Assembly: GCA_965140415.1 (NCBI GenBank)
Contig: OZ223209.1
Span: 2,880,001 to 2,944,000, forward strand
DNA from: Myxococcota bacterium
GTDB taxonomy: Bacteria; Myxococcota_A; SURF-8
Reading direction: 5' to 3'
Length of the DNA: 64,000 bases
Shown one piece after another: positions 28,082-36,415 of this stretch. The notes beneath the pieces are model-generated. The model worked only from the letters and a program-made list of their open reading frames with translations, did not search any database and was not told where the DNA came from. Both the position numbers and the translations under genes were made by a program. The first letter of the stretch is position 1. Each line of letters starts with the position of its first letter.

Positions 28082-29341
28082 ATGGATAAGCTGATTATCA
28101 ACGGTGGGGCAAAACTGAAAGGCGAAGTGGAGATTTCCGGGTCGAAAAACGCGGCTTTGCCGATATTGTTGGCATCTATCCTAAATGGCGGAAAGACTGT
28201 TTTACGCAACGTGCCGGATTTGTGGGATGTGGATACGACGCTGAGGCTATTACGGCAAATCGGAGCGGAAGCGGCACGGGCAGAGAATGGGGATATACAT
28301 ATCGACACGGAGGAAGTCAATCATCTGGAAGCGCCTTATGATCTGGTGAAGACGATGAGAGCTTCCGTGCTGGTATTGGGACCGCTTTTGGCGCGATTCA
28401 ATCAGGCCAAAGTGTCGTTGCCGGGTGGTTGTGCCATCGGGGCGCGTCCGGTCGATCAGCATCTAAAGGGAATGGAGCAACTGGGAGCGGAAATTCGCTT
28501 GGAGCATGGGTATATCAAGGCACGTGCTCCACGTCGCTTAAAGGGCGCTCGCATCGTGTTCGACGTACCTACGGTTGGAGGTACGGAAAATGTGCTGATG
28601 GCTGCCGTGCAGGCACAGGGAATCAGTGTGTTGCAGAATTGCGCACGAGAGCCGGAAGTGTCGGATCTGGCGAATATGCTAAATGCGATGGGAGGCAAAA
28701 TCAGCGGAGTTGGGACATCGGAATTGATTGTTGAAGGTGTTCCAGAGTTGCATGATATCGAATATTCGGTAATTCCGGATCGTATCGTTGCCGGTACGTA
28801 TATGATTGCAGCGGCGATGACTGGTGGTGATGTTGTCTTGAAAAATTGCCGAGTGGACCACATGACGGCGTTGATTGAAAAATTGACGAGAATGGGAGTG
28901 TTAATTGAGGAAGTTGAGGGTGGTGTTCGTGTGCGTCGTGTCGGGGCGTTGGTGTCGGCGAATGTGACAACGGGACCATATCCCGGATTTCCAACGGATA
29001 TGCAGGCGCAATTAATGGCGCTGATGAGTGTTACCGAGGGGCAGAGTGTAGTAAATGAAACGATTTTCGAGAATCGCTTCATGCACGTCAGCGAGTTGCA
29101 GCGCATGGGAGCGGATGTTCGTCTGGAAGGTCGCACTGCGGTAGTAAGTGGTGTGGGGCATTTGCAAGGAGCGAACGTGATGGCTACGGATTTACGTGCC
29201 AGCGCTTGTCTCGTTTTGGCAGGGCTCGTGGCCGATGGTTTTACCGAGGTGACACGTATTTACCACCTGGATCGCGGATATGAACGGTTAGAAGAGAAGC
29301 TGAATCGCCTGGGAGCCGAGATACGGCGAGAAAGCGCCTGA
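28082..29341 (+). CDS. murA: UDP-N-acetylglucosamine 1-carboxyvinyltransferase
   Basis: GSKNAALP, LPGGCAIGARPVDQH (catalytic Cys), PGFPTDMQAQ, IFENRFMH, DLRA, HLDRGYE. Confidence 0.98.
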   Translation: MDKLIINGGAKLKGEVEISGSKNAALPILLASILNGGKTVLRNVPDLWDVDTTLRLLRQIGAEAARAENGDIHIDTEEVNHLEAPYDLVKTMRASVLVLGPLLARFNQAKVSLPGGCAIGARPVDQHLKGMEQLGAEIRLEHGYIKARAPRRLKGARIVFDVPTVGGTENVLMAAVQAQGISVLQNCAREPEVSDLANMLNAMGGKISGVGTSELIVEGVPELHDIEYSVIPDRIVAGTYMIAAAMTGGDVVLKNCRVDHMTALIEKLTRMGVLIEEVEGGVRVRRVGALVSANVTTGPYPGFPTDMQAQLMALMSVTEGQSVVNETIFENRFMHVSELQRMGADVRLEGRTAVVSGVGHLQGANVMATDLRASACLVLAGLVADGFTEVTRIYHLDRGYERLEEKLNRLGAEIRRESA

Positions 29342-29345
29342 TCGG

Positions 29346-30008
29346 CTAGCGCAGGGATGAGTCACCGACACTTTTTGACACGGGTTGAAATGCTGCTCTG
29401 ACGCGAGGGCGCATTAGATAGTAAACGATTCCTGCATGAAGAATTACAAACGTGATCACGACCAAGGTCCAGACCCGAAGAAATGTCGCGACCATGTTTT
29501 CCTGGTTTACATCCAGTCCCATACCGGAATACAGGGTATAGATGACACGTGCAAGATCGGGAAGAATGTAATAGCCGGAAACGGCCAGGGTGACGGTGGC
29601 TGAAACAATAAACCAGATTTCCAGTTGGCGTCCCCAATCGCGACGCATCAGGATGCCTATTCCGGCGATCAAGCCAAGCAGAGAAAGTAGAAAACTAGCC
29701 GTGTCGTATAGAGGACGCTGTGGGAAAATATGCTTGATTTCCTCCATGGATTTGTCTAATAGCTTTTCCGTTCTCGGGTCTGCGCGGAGTTGATTTAACT
29801 GCTGTTTGATTTCTTGTGGCAGGCCTTTTGTAAATTCATCAAATAAGGATGGGGATTGCTCGACGTCGCTGACTTCAACTGTCAACCAGCCGTTAACGGT
29901 ATACCAGCAGCCGATTGCCCCTAAAATGATCCCGGTTATGGCGAGCAGGAGCAATCCGTCGGGCAAAGGCAGCGGTTTGTGATTGAGTTTAAATTGCTCA
30001 TCCAACAA
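29346..30008 (-). CDS. Hypothetical membrane protein (about 4 TM)
   Basis: Four hydrophobic segments; C-terminal YYLMRPRVRAAF. Confidence 0.7.
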   Translation of the reverse strand: MLDEQFKLNHKPLPLPDGLLLLAITGIILGAIGCWYTVNGWLTVEVSDVEQSPSLFDEFTKGLPQEIKQQLNQLRADPRTEKLLDKSMEEIKHIFPQRPLYDTASFLLSLLGLIAGIGILMRRDWGRQLEIWFIVSATVTLAVSGYYILPDLARVIYTLYSGMGLDVNQENMVATFLRVWTLVVITFVILHAGIVYYLMRPRVRAAFQPVSKSVGDSSLR

Positions 30009-30699
30009 AGCGATCTAGTCCTTTTCTGCGTGTGAACCACAGGGTCAACCGCGCTCCGGTCAATAAGATAAGCCAGAACCAGAGACTGGGTGCGCCTGTT
30101 TGATTCCCGCAGGAGAAGGGGCTGTCGCTGCCACTGTCATCGTCTTCCTCCGTATCGTCACCATCCGTACTGCTGGAACTACTTCCCCTGGGACAATCCA
30201 TATCGGCAGGCAGGCAGACTTTATCCCCGGTGACGACATCCGCGCAGCAACCAGAGGAGCAATCGGAATCGGATTCGCATAGGGATGCACACGCGGTTCG
30301 ACCGGATTCGATGACGATGCACAGTTCCCAGGAAGTGCAAGTGTTTTCGCCGCAATCGCTGGTTTCAACGGAATTGCCGTCATCACCATCGGTGCTGTAA
30401 GTTACGTCGCCGTCCGACATCGTTCCGCCATCACCATCGGTGGTGGTGGTCATACCGCAATCATCTTCGGTACCGCAGATCCAGGCGGTGTATGGTACAG
30501 AAATCCGCGTGCAACAAGTAGTTGGACATTGCAGATTGGTTTGGCAGATCATCCAGCAGGATTCTCCATCACCGCGATCCAGGCACAAATAGTGTTCCGG
30601 GCAGGTCGTGCCACCACAGGCGACGCCGGCATGTGCGGGGAATGTTTGCAATAGAAAGAAGACGCATAGGAATGTTGCTATGGCGATAGCTTTAATCAT
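29998..30699 (-). CDS. Secreted Cys-rich protein with MYXO-CTERM-like C-terminal anchor
   Basis: Start at ATG 30699 (MIKAIAIA...AHA-G signal); two Cys-rich modules, TDGD linkers, tail GSDSPFSCGNQTG-hydrophobic-TRRK. The ORF extension to 30888 overlaps yjbQ. Confidence 0.75.
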   Translation of the reverse strand: MIKAIAIATFLCVFFLLQTFPAHAGVACGGTTCPEHYLCLDRGDGESCWMICQTNLQCPTTCCTRISVPYTAWICGTEDDCGMTTTTDGDGGTMSDGDVTYSTDGDDGNSVETSDCGENTCTSWELCIVIESGRTACASLCESDSDCSSGCCADVVTGDKVCLPADMDCPRGSSSSSTDGDDTEEDDDSGSDSPFSCGNQTGAPSLWFWLILLTGARLTLWFTRRKGLDRFVG

Positions 30700-31102
30700 C
30701 TTGTTCGTTTCCTTCCAAGTGGAGGTACATGCGCCTGGAGCGAGGGCCGTCGAACTCACAGAAATAGATTCCCTGCCAGGTTCCCAGTAGCAGTTTGCCA
30801 TTGTGAACCAGTATGCGTTCGGACGCTCCAAACATAGAAGCTTTGACATGTGCATCCGAATTGCCTTCGGAATGGTGATAATTTCCATGATGAGGGATCA
30901 GGCGAGCCAAGGTTGTAAGCATGTCGCGTTTGACTGTCGGATCGGCATTTTCATTGATTGTGACAGCGGCGGTGGTGTGTGGAATGAAGACCGTGATGCT
31001 GCCTTGGTGAATGTTCGCTTCGTGAACGGCCTGTTGTAGAAGGTCCGTGATCTCGACTAGGCATTCTCTTGCTGGAGTACTTAGTGAGCGCTCATGAATC
31101 AT
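30692..31102 (-). CDS. yjbQ: YjbQ/UPF0047 family protein
   Basis: FIPHTTAAVTINENADP, HSEGNSDAHVKAS, LGTWQGIYFCEFDGPR. Confidence 0.95.
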   Translation of the reverse strand: MIHERSLSTPARECLVEITDLLQQAVHEANIHQGSITVFIPHTTAAVTINENADPTVKRDMLTTLARLIPHHGNYHHSEGNSDAHVKASMFGASERILVHNGKLLLGTWQGIYFCEFDGPRSRRMYLHLEGNEQDD

Positions 31103-31835
31103 GATTCGACTCCGTAATCTCGGGTTCTTCAGCCTGTAGCTTGTCCAATGCTTCGTTTGCCGCCTGTTGCTCGGCTACTTTGATACTTCTTCCCGTACCC
31201 TGACCATAGCGGACCTGGTCAAGCATACAGTCAACGGAATAGCGTGACTCATGGTCGGGACCGGTTTTGCCAGTACGAATATACCTGGGAATCGGGCGAT
31301 GCGACTTCGCACAGATTTCCTGTAACAGGGATTTAGCGTCACGGCGACCAAGAGACTTCATCCTCTGTCGAATGCGTGGGCGCATGTCCCGTTCTATCAG
31401 CGAAGTAACGGCAGGCAAGCCTCCATCCAGAAATACCGCAGCCAAGAGAGATTCATAGGTGTCGGCTAAAACGGACGATTTTTCCGCTCCGCCGCTCTTT
31501 TCTTCTCCGACGCCGAAAAAGATAATCTGACCGATATCCATTTCTTTTGCGATATGAGCCAGCGTTTTTTCGTTTACCAGACTGGAGCGTAACTTCGTCA
31601 TCTGACCGGAGCTATGATTGGGGTGTTCCAGGTATAGTATTTTCGCGATAACCATATCCAGTACGGCATCACCGAGATATTCTAGGCGATCATTATCGTG
31701 GATGGACGGATCTTTGGATTCATTGGCATATGAACGATGCACCAAGGCTTCCATCAGTAAATCTTTGGACTGAAAGGTGTGCCCCAATGCTTTTTCTGCG
31801 GCGGCAAGGCGTCGTTCGATTTCCTGCTGCTTCAC
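31092..31835 (-). CDS. rnc: Ribonuclease III
   Basis: ALVHRSY, NDRLEYLGDAVL, ADTYESLLAAVFLD; dsRBD KSLLQE...GPDH...AEQQAA. Confidence 0.96.
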   Translation of the reverse strand: MKQQEIERRLAAAEKALGHTFQSKDLLMEALVHRSYANESKDPSIHDNDRLEYLGDAVLDMVIAKILYLEHPNHSSGQMTKLRSSLVNEKTLAHIAKEMDIGQIIFFGVGEEKSGGAEKSSVLADTYESLLAAVFLDGGLPAVTSLIERDMRPRIRQRMKSLGRRDAKSLLQEICAKSHRPIPRYIRTGKTGPDHESRYSVDCMLDQVRYGQGTGRSIKVAEQQAANEALDKLQAEEPEITESNHDS

Positions 31836-31859
31836 GCCCAGGTTCTCCTTATAGTTTTA

Positions 31860-33140
31860 TCAGCGAAGCTTCGCAATCAGATGATGAGAGTGATTGTACA
31901 AGTCACCTGCAATTACATCTACGATATTATTGCGAATATCTTCTTCAGAGTCAATCAGGACATGGTAATAATTTGTAGAGAAGCCCTGGTACAATCTGCT
32001 TTCTCTGTGCTTGTCCTGTTCAACCAATACGGTAAGTGTTTTTCCGAACTGGCGTTTGGCGCTTTGCAGGCGCGACTGCTGGTCTAATTCGATAAGGCGT
32101 CGGGCGCGCTCGCGCCTTTGTTGAACCGGAACCTGATCCGGCATGGAGGCGGCAGGAGTGTCGGGACGCTCGGAATAGGGGAAAACGTGCAGATAGTCTA
32201 TCGGGAGTGTTCGGATAAAGTCTTCCGTTTGTTTGAATTCATCCTCGCTTTCACCGGGAAAGCCGACAATCACATCCAAACCGATTCCGACATCTAATAT
32301 TTCCGAGACGGCTCGCTCGATGCGCTGGGCATAGTGGCGGGTGCGATAGGGGCGTCGCATTCGTTCAAGAATCGAATCGCAGCCGCTTTGTAATGGGATG
32401 TGTAGATGTGGGCATATCGAATGAGCGTACTTGATGATATCAATAACCCGATCCGTCAATTCCAGTGGCTCAAGAGAACTGAGCCGAATTCTCGGAATGT
32501 GCTTGCTTTCATCCAGGGCTTGTAGGAGATCTGAAAATACCGGCTTGCCGGGTAAGTCGCGTCCCCATTGGCCGATATGAATGCCGGTCAACACAACTTC
32601 CTTGTAACCCTGTTCACCAAGTGCAGAAAGTTCCTCTACAGCTTGGTTAATGGGTTTGCTGTTTACCGGACCTCGCGCACGAGGAATGATGCAATAAGAG
32701 CAATGCGCTTCGCAACCATCCTGCACCTTAAGGTAGGGACGATCTCTGGTGCTGAAGCGGGGACCGTGATCGTTTATGCTTGGCTTGTAACCATGACTTC
32801 GGGCCCGTTCGAGGAGCAGTTGTATTACGCCGTTTGTTTGCTCTCGGGTGACAATCTGGTCGATTTCTTGAATTTTGAGCAATTCGTTTTTGGCGGTATT
32901 GGCATAGCATCCAGTCAGGATAACCAGTGCCTCCGGTGAGGTGCGTCGTGCGCGATACGCAAACTGACGGCTTTGTCGGTCTGCCGTGGCTGTAACGGTA
33001 CAGGAGTTGATGATATAGGCATCCGCCTGTTGCTTGAAAGGAACCTGTACGAAAACCGCTGGATCCAGTTGACCCAGCAGACGTGCAGAATCGTAGTGGT
33101 TGGTTTTACAACCCAACGTAGTGATTGCGATACGAAACAT
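31860..33140 (-). CDS. mtaB: tRNA t6A37 methylthiotransferase
   Basis: TLGCKTN, INSCTVT, LKVQDGCEAHCSYCIIP, HIPLQSG, LHVFPYSERP, TRAM domain. Confidence 0.92.
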   Translation of the reverse strand: MFRIAITTLGCKTNHYDSARLLGQLDPAVFVQVPFKQQADAYIINSCTVTATADRQSRQFAYRARRTSPEALVILTGCYANTAKNELLKIQEIDQIVTREQTNGVIQLLLERARSHGYKPSINDHGPRFSTRDRPYLKVQDGCEAHCSYCIIPRARGPVNSKPINQAVEELSALGEQGYKEVVLTGIHIGQWGRDLPGKPVFSDLLQALDESKHIPRIRLSSLEPLELTDRVIDIIKYAHSICPHLHIPLQSGCDSILERMRRPYRTRHYAQRIERAVSEILDVGIGLDVIVGFPGESEDEFKQTEDFIRTLPIDYLHVFPYSERPDTPAASMPDQVPVQQRRERARRLIELDQQSRLQSAKRQFGKTLTVLVEQDKHRESRLYQGFSTNYYHVLIDSEEDIRNNIVDVIAGDLYNHSHHLIAKLR

Positions 33141-33182
33141 GAATGTTGGTCCAAAGCCGTTACAGGCTTGGATGCGCGCCCG

Positions 33183-34826
33183 TTAGCGAGAGAGGAACCG
33201 GCTTTTCTTCATTGCGAACTTGATCTGTTTGACCATACGCGGGTCCGTTTCTTTTTCAAGCAGCCATTTGAGGCATTCGTAGGCGCTGGGGGATTTAATC
33301 TGTGCGAGGGCTTCAACGAAGAATTCTCGCGCCAGGCGGTTACTTTCCTTGAAATAAATTTCGCGGAATTCCGAAACGGCTTTCGGGTCGCCCAGTTTTC
33401 CAAGTGCGCGAGCGGCAGCTTGGCGCACAACCGGGCTGGGATCGTGCAGACCGTTTTTCATAAGGAATTCTACGGTGCTTTTAGGTTCTTTATAGTCTTC
33501 GAAGACTTCAATAATGCTTTTACGGATGAACTCCGAGCCTGCTTCCGGAGAGACGAACAAGTCCTTAAGACCCTGGATTGTCACGTCATCTTTGATGGAA
33601 CGGAAATATTCAAGAATCGCCACCTGGCGGGGGAGGAAATTGCGGTCCTGCAACAGATCCAAGAGCAACAAGTTCAGATCCATATCTGCGTAATCACGGA
33701 ATATTTCCAGAATCACGCGGAAGGAATCGACTTTGTTTTTGAGCAGTTCCCGTTCCAATACATCCAACGAATCTTCACTTTCGAACTCGATGACGGCACG
33801 CAATACGGCGCTCATCGAGGTTTCCAGGCCGCGAGCCGGATACAATTCGCACTGTTCGAGCTGTTTGTCTTCTGTCTTATCGATCATATCGGCCAGCACC
33901 GGAATGGCGCGCTGATCCTGAATGATACTGAGTGCTTTTGCCGCAACGGAGCGAACTAGCTGTGAGGAGTCTGATTGTAGGGTGGAACTGATTTGATCGA
34001 AGATCAGATCCACCTTCGATTTTTTTTCCGTTTTTCCTTTGCGAGATTTGCTTCGCTTACGTTTTTTTGTTTTCGCACTTTTGTCTTTTGCCGGAGTCGC
34101 TTTTCGAAGTTGCAGAGACAAGTCTGTTAAGGTTTGAATGGCTAGCAAACGGGCATTGATGTCTTTGCTCTTTAACAGATTGAAAAGGATGTCCGTATTG
34201 TCATAACTTGGGGAAAGTTGGGCGACCATCTTCAGATAAGAGGCCGCCATGGTGTCATTGGCGTTTTGGGAAGCGGCCTCGAGTTTTTCAAGCAAACGGC
34301 CAAGAAAAACCGGATCGACTGGTCGCTGGTTCAAGCGCTGGGCCAGATTACTTAAATACCCATCGAAGATTTCATAATCGAACTCGTGGAAATATTGGGG
34401 AAACGCGGGAGAAAGCACCGAAGTTCGGATAGTGCCGCGATCCACTTTCAAAGCAACAGAATTACGAACGGGTTCAAAGGGAACAGAACCGATCATCGCA
34501 GCATTCAGGAAAAAGAAGTAGTCTTCTCCTGCTTTAAAAAAAGACCGGGAGTCTTTTATGGGTTGATATTTCAGCTTGTTGAAGCTGATAATACGAATTT
34601 CATCTCGTACGCTGCCCTTGATCGCTTTGCTGATCGATGCCCGCACTCCGGTACCGTCTACTGCTGTAATCTGAGCGAAAACAACATTGGGTGCATCAGC
34701 AATGATCTCCGCGAACGTAGGGCCGGAGCCATCCACACGCCATTGCGTATCACCGGCAAAGCCGGGGACAGACCACAACATCAAAAAAACGATTAGTATC
34801 GAAAATGCCAAACCTCGCGTCATCAC
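33183..34826 (-). CDS. Exported HEAT-repeat protein
   Basis: Signal peptide (GFA-G); HEAT-like repeats VRSVAAKAL, DPSPVVRQAAARALG; Lys/Arg-rich insert. Confidence 0.75.
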   Translation of the reverse strand: MMTRGLAFSILIVFLMLWSVPGFAGDTQWRVDGSGPTFAEIIADAPNVVFAQITAVDGTGVRASISKAIKGSVRDEIRIISFNKLKYQPIKDSRSFFKAGEDYFFFLNAAMIGSVPFEPVRNSVALKVDRGTIRTSVLSPAFPQYFHEFDYEIFDGYLSNLAQRLNQRPVDPVFLGRLLEKLEAASQNANDTMAASYLKMVAQLSPSYDNTDILFNLLKSKDINARLLAIQTLTDLSLQLRKATPAKDKSAKTKKRKRSKSRKGKTEKKSKVDLIFDQISSTLQSDSSQLVRSVAAKALSIIQDQRAIPVLADMIDKTEDKQLEQCELYPARGLETSMSAVLRAVIEFESEDSLDVLERELLKNKVDSFRVILEIFRDYADMDLNLLLLDLLQDRNFLPRQVAILEYFRSIKDDVTIQGLKDLFVSPEAGSEFIRKSIIEVFEDYKEPKSTVEFLMKNGLHDPSPVVRQAAARALGKLGDPKAVSEFREIYFKESNRLAREFFVEALAQIKSPSAYECLKWLLEKETDPRMVKQIKFAMKKSRFLSR

Positions 34827-34996
34827 TGCCTCCCCACAAAAAGTTTCCTCTTCTCAGATTTCCGGCATGATACCAACTTCATCCTATGTCGGAGTGTATC
34901 CAAAATCAAGGAAATCATACAAAAAATCGGGGCTTCTAAACAAGATTGAGCAGGCGGGCAGAGGAATGTTTCCGAGAACTGTAAAAAGATCGCAGT

Positions 34997-36370
34997 TTAG
35001 GGCAATGCTTCAGTATCAAGATCGGAGTCTCCGGCACTTTCCCATTCGCCATCTCCCTGTAAGCACAAGGAAATATCGCAAACCGCAGATAGACCGTCTT
35101 CGCTACACTCCCATGTTCCGGTACAGCCGCTTTCTGCATCTTCGCATACTTCCCCAATTTCGGGCAATTGCGGTCCGCATACTCCGCAAGCGTTGAAAAG
35201 TTCGGCATCGCAGACCGATTGCAGCCCGTTAGCGCTACAAATGTAATGCCCCTGGCATCCATCTGTGCTGAAGCAAAGAGATCCAAGGTTGGGTGGATTG
35301 GCACCGCAGACGCCGCAGTCATTGATAGACGGTGCATTGCAGCCTAGAGATTGGCCACCTGGACGACAAAAATAGACGCCCGTACAGCCTGAAGCATTTG
35401 TGCAAATCTGGCCCATATTCGGCAGGTCCGGGCCGCAGACTCCACACTGGTTGATTTGCATCCCATCACACAGAAGGGCATCGTTGGTGCTGTTACACAC
35501 ATACGTTCCTGGGCAATTGGAGGAGTTGGTGCAAGTTGTTCCATGGTCAGGCAGCGCAGGACCGCCGCAAAGACCGCATTCGTTGGGGACGATATCTGTA
35601 TCGCAAAGACTGTCTGTGCCGTTGGTGTTACAAACGTAATTAGAGGGACAACCGGAACTGTTTACACAATCAAGCCCGATTTCAGGCAGATCCGGACCGC
35701 CACAACGCTCGCATTGATTGGCCAGTGGTGCGGAACAGACTAGCGATAAACCATCCTGGGCGCACTCGTACATTCCATCACAGCCTTCATCGCTGACGCA
35801 TGAATAGCCGAAATCGGGAAGGGCGGCGCCACAGACGCCGCATTCGTTGCTGCCGGGATCATCGCATTCGGCATAGCGTCCATTTTCGCTGCAAATACGA
35901 ACGCCGCAGACGCCACACGCATCGCCGAGGTTGCTCAACTCCGGGCCGCAGACATCGCATTCGTTGAAACCGGGATCATCGCAAACAAGAGATAGGCCGT
36001 CCTCTGAACATCGATAGGTTCCACAGTCGCCACAGGCGTGACCATGCAAGGGCAAGGGCGGTCCGCCGCACACATCACATGCATTGGGTACACAGGGCGT
36101 TTCTTCGTCAATTGCGTCCGTGTCGCCATCTTCCGAATTTTCCGAGGTGTCGTTTTCTTCGTCTGCTTGTTCCGAGAGCAGATCGGTATCTAGATCGGTT
36201 TCAAGATCGAAGTCGCCGTCGGTGTCTGTCGTATCCAAATCCCCATCGGAAATGGAATCTTGATCGTGATCTTGCGGGTCAGAAGAGGAGCTACAAGCTA
36301 TTAGCAAGGATACAGATAAAAGAAACAACAGCGTAAGGCGCATGACAGATCGTGGCTCGAAATGGTACAT
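34997..36370 (-). CDS. Cys-rich repeat lipoprotein
   Basis: AAGGAG RBS; lipobox LIAC; acidic DGD linker; eight 35-40-aa repeats centred on N-x-C-x-x-C-G. Confidence 0.8.
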   Translation of the reverse strand: MYHFEPRSVMRLTLLFLLSVSLLIACSSSSDPQDHDQDSISDGDLDTTDTDGDFDLETDLDTDLLSEQADEENDTSENSEDGDTDAIDEETPCVPNACDVCGGPPLPLHGHACGDCGTYRCSEDGLSLVCDDPGFNECDVCGPELSNLGDACGVCGVRICSENGRYAECDDPGSNECGVCGAALPDFGYSCVSDEGCDGMYECAQDGLSLVCSAPLANQCERCGGPDLPEIGLDCVNSSGCPSNYVCNTNGTDSLCDTDIVPNECGLCGGPALPDHGTTCTNSSNCPGTYVCNSTNDALLCDGMQINQCGVCGPDLPNMGQICTNASGCTGVYFCRPGGQSLGCNAPSINDCGVCGANPPNLGSLCFSTDGCQGHYICSANGLQSVCDAELFNACGVCGPQLPEIGEVCEDAESGCTGTWECSEDGLSAVCDISLCLQGDGEWESAGDSDLDTEALP

Positions 36371-36415
36371 CGACTTCTCCTTACTGCCTCCGCTACGATA
36401 TCAGGTGTGGATTCT

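Noticed and set aside
28456-29136. 226-aa ORF antisense to murA
   Set aside because: Typical antisense shadow of a conserved gene.
30700-30888. N-terminal extension of the 296-aa ORF
   Set aside because: Overlaps yjbQ in another frame; the signal peptide starts at ATG 30699.
32973-33959. 328-aa plus-strand ORF
   Set aside because: Overlaps mtaB and the HEAT gene on the opposite strand; no recognisable features.
35060-36100. Multihaem cytochrome
   Set aside because: CxxC motifs are followed by G, not H.
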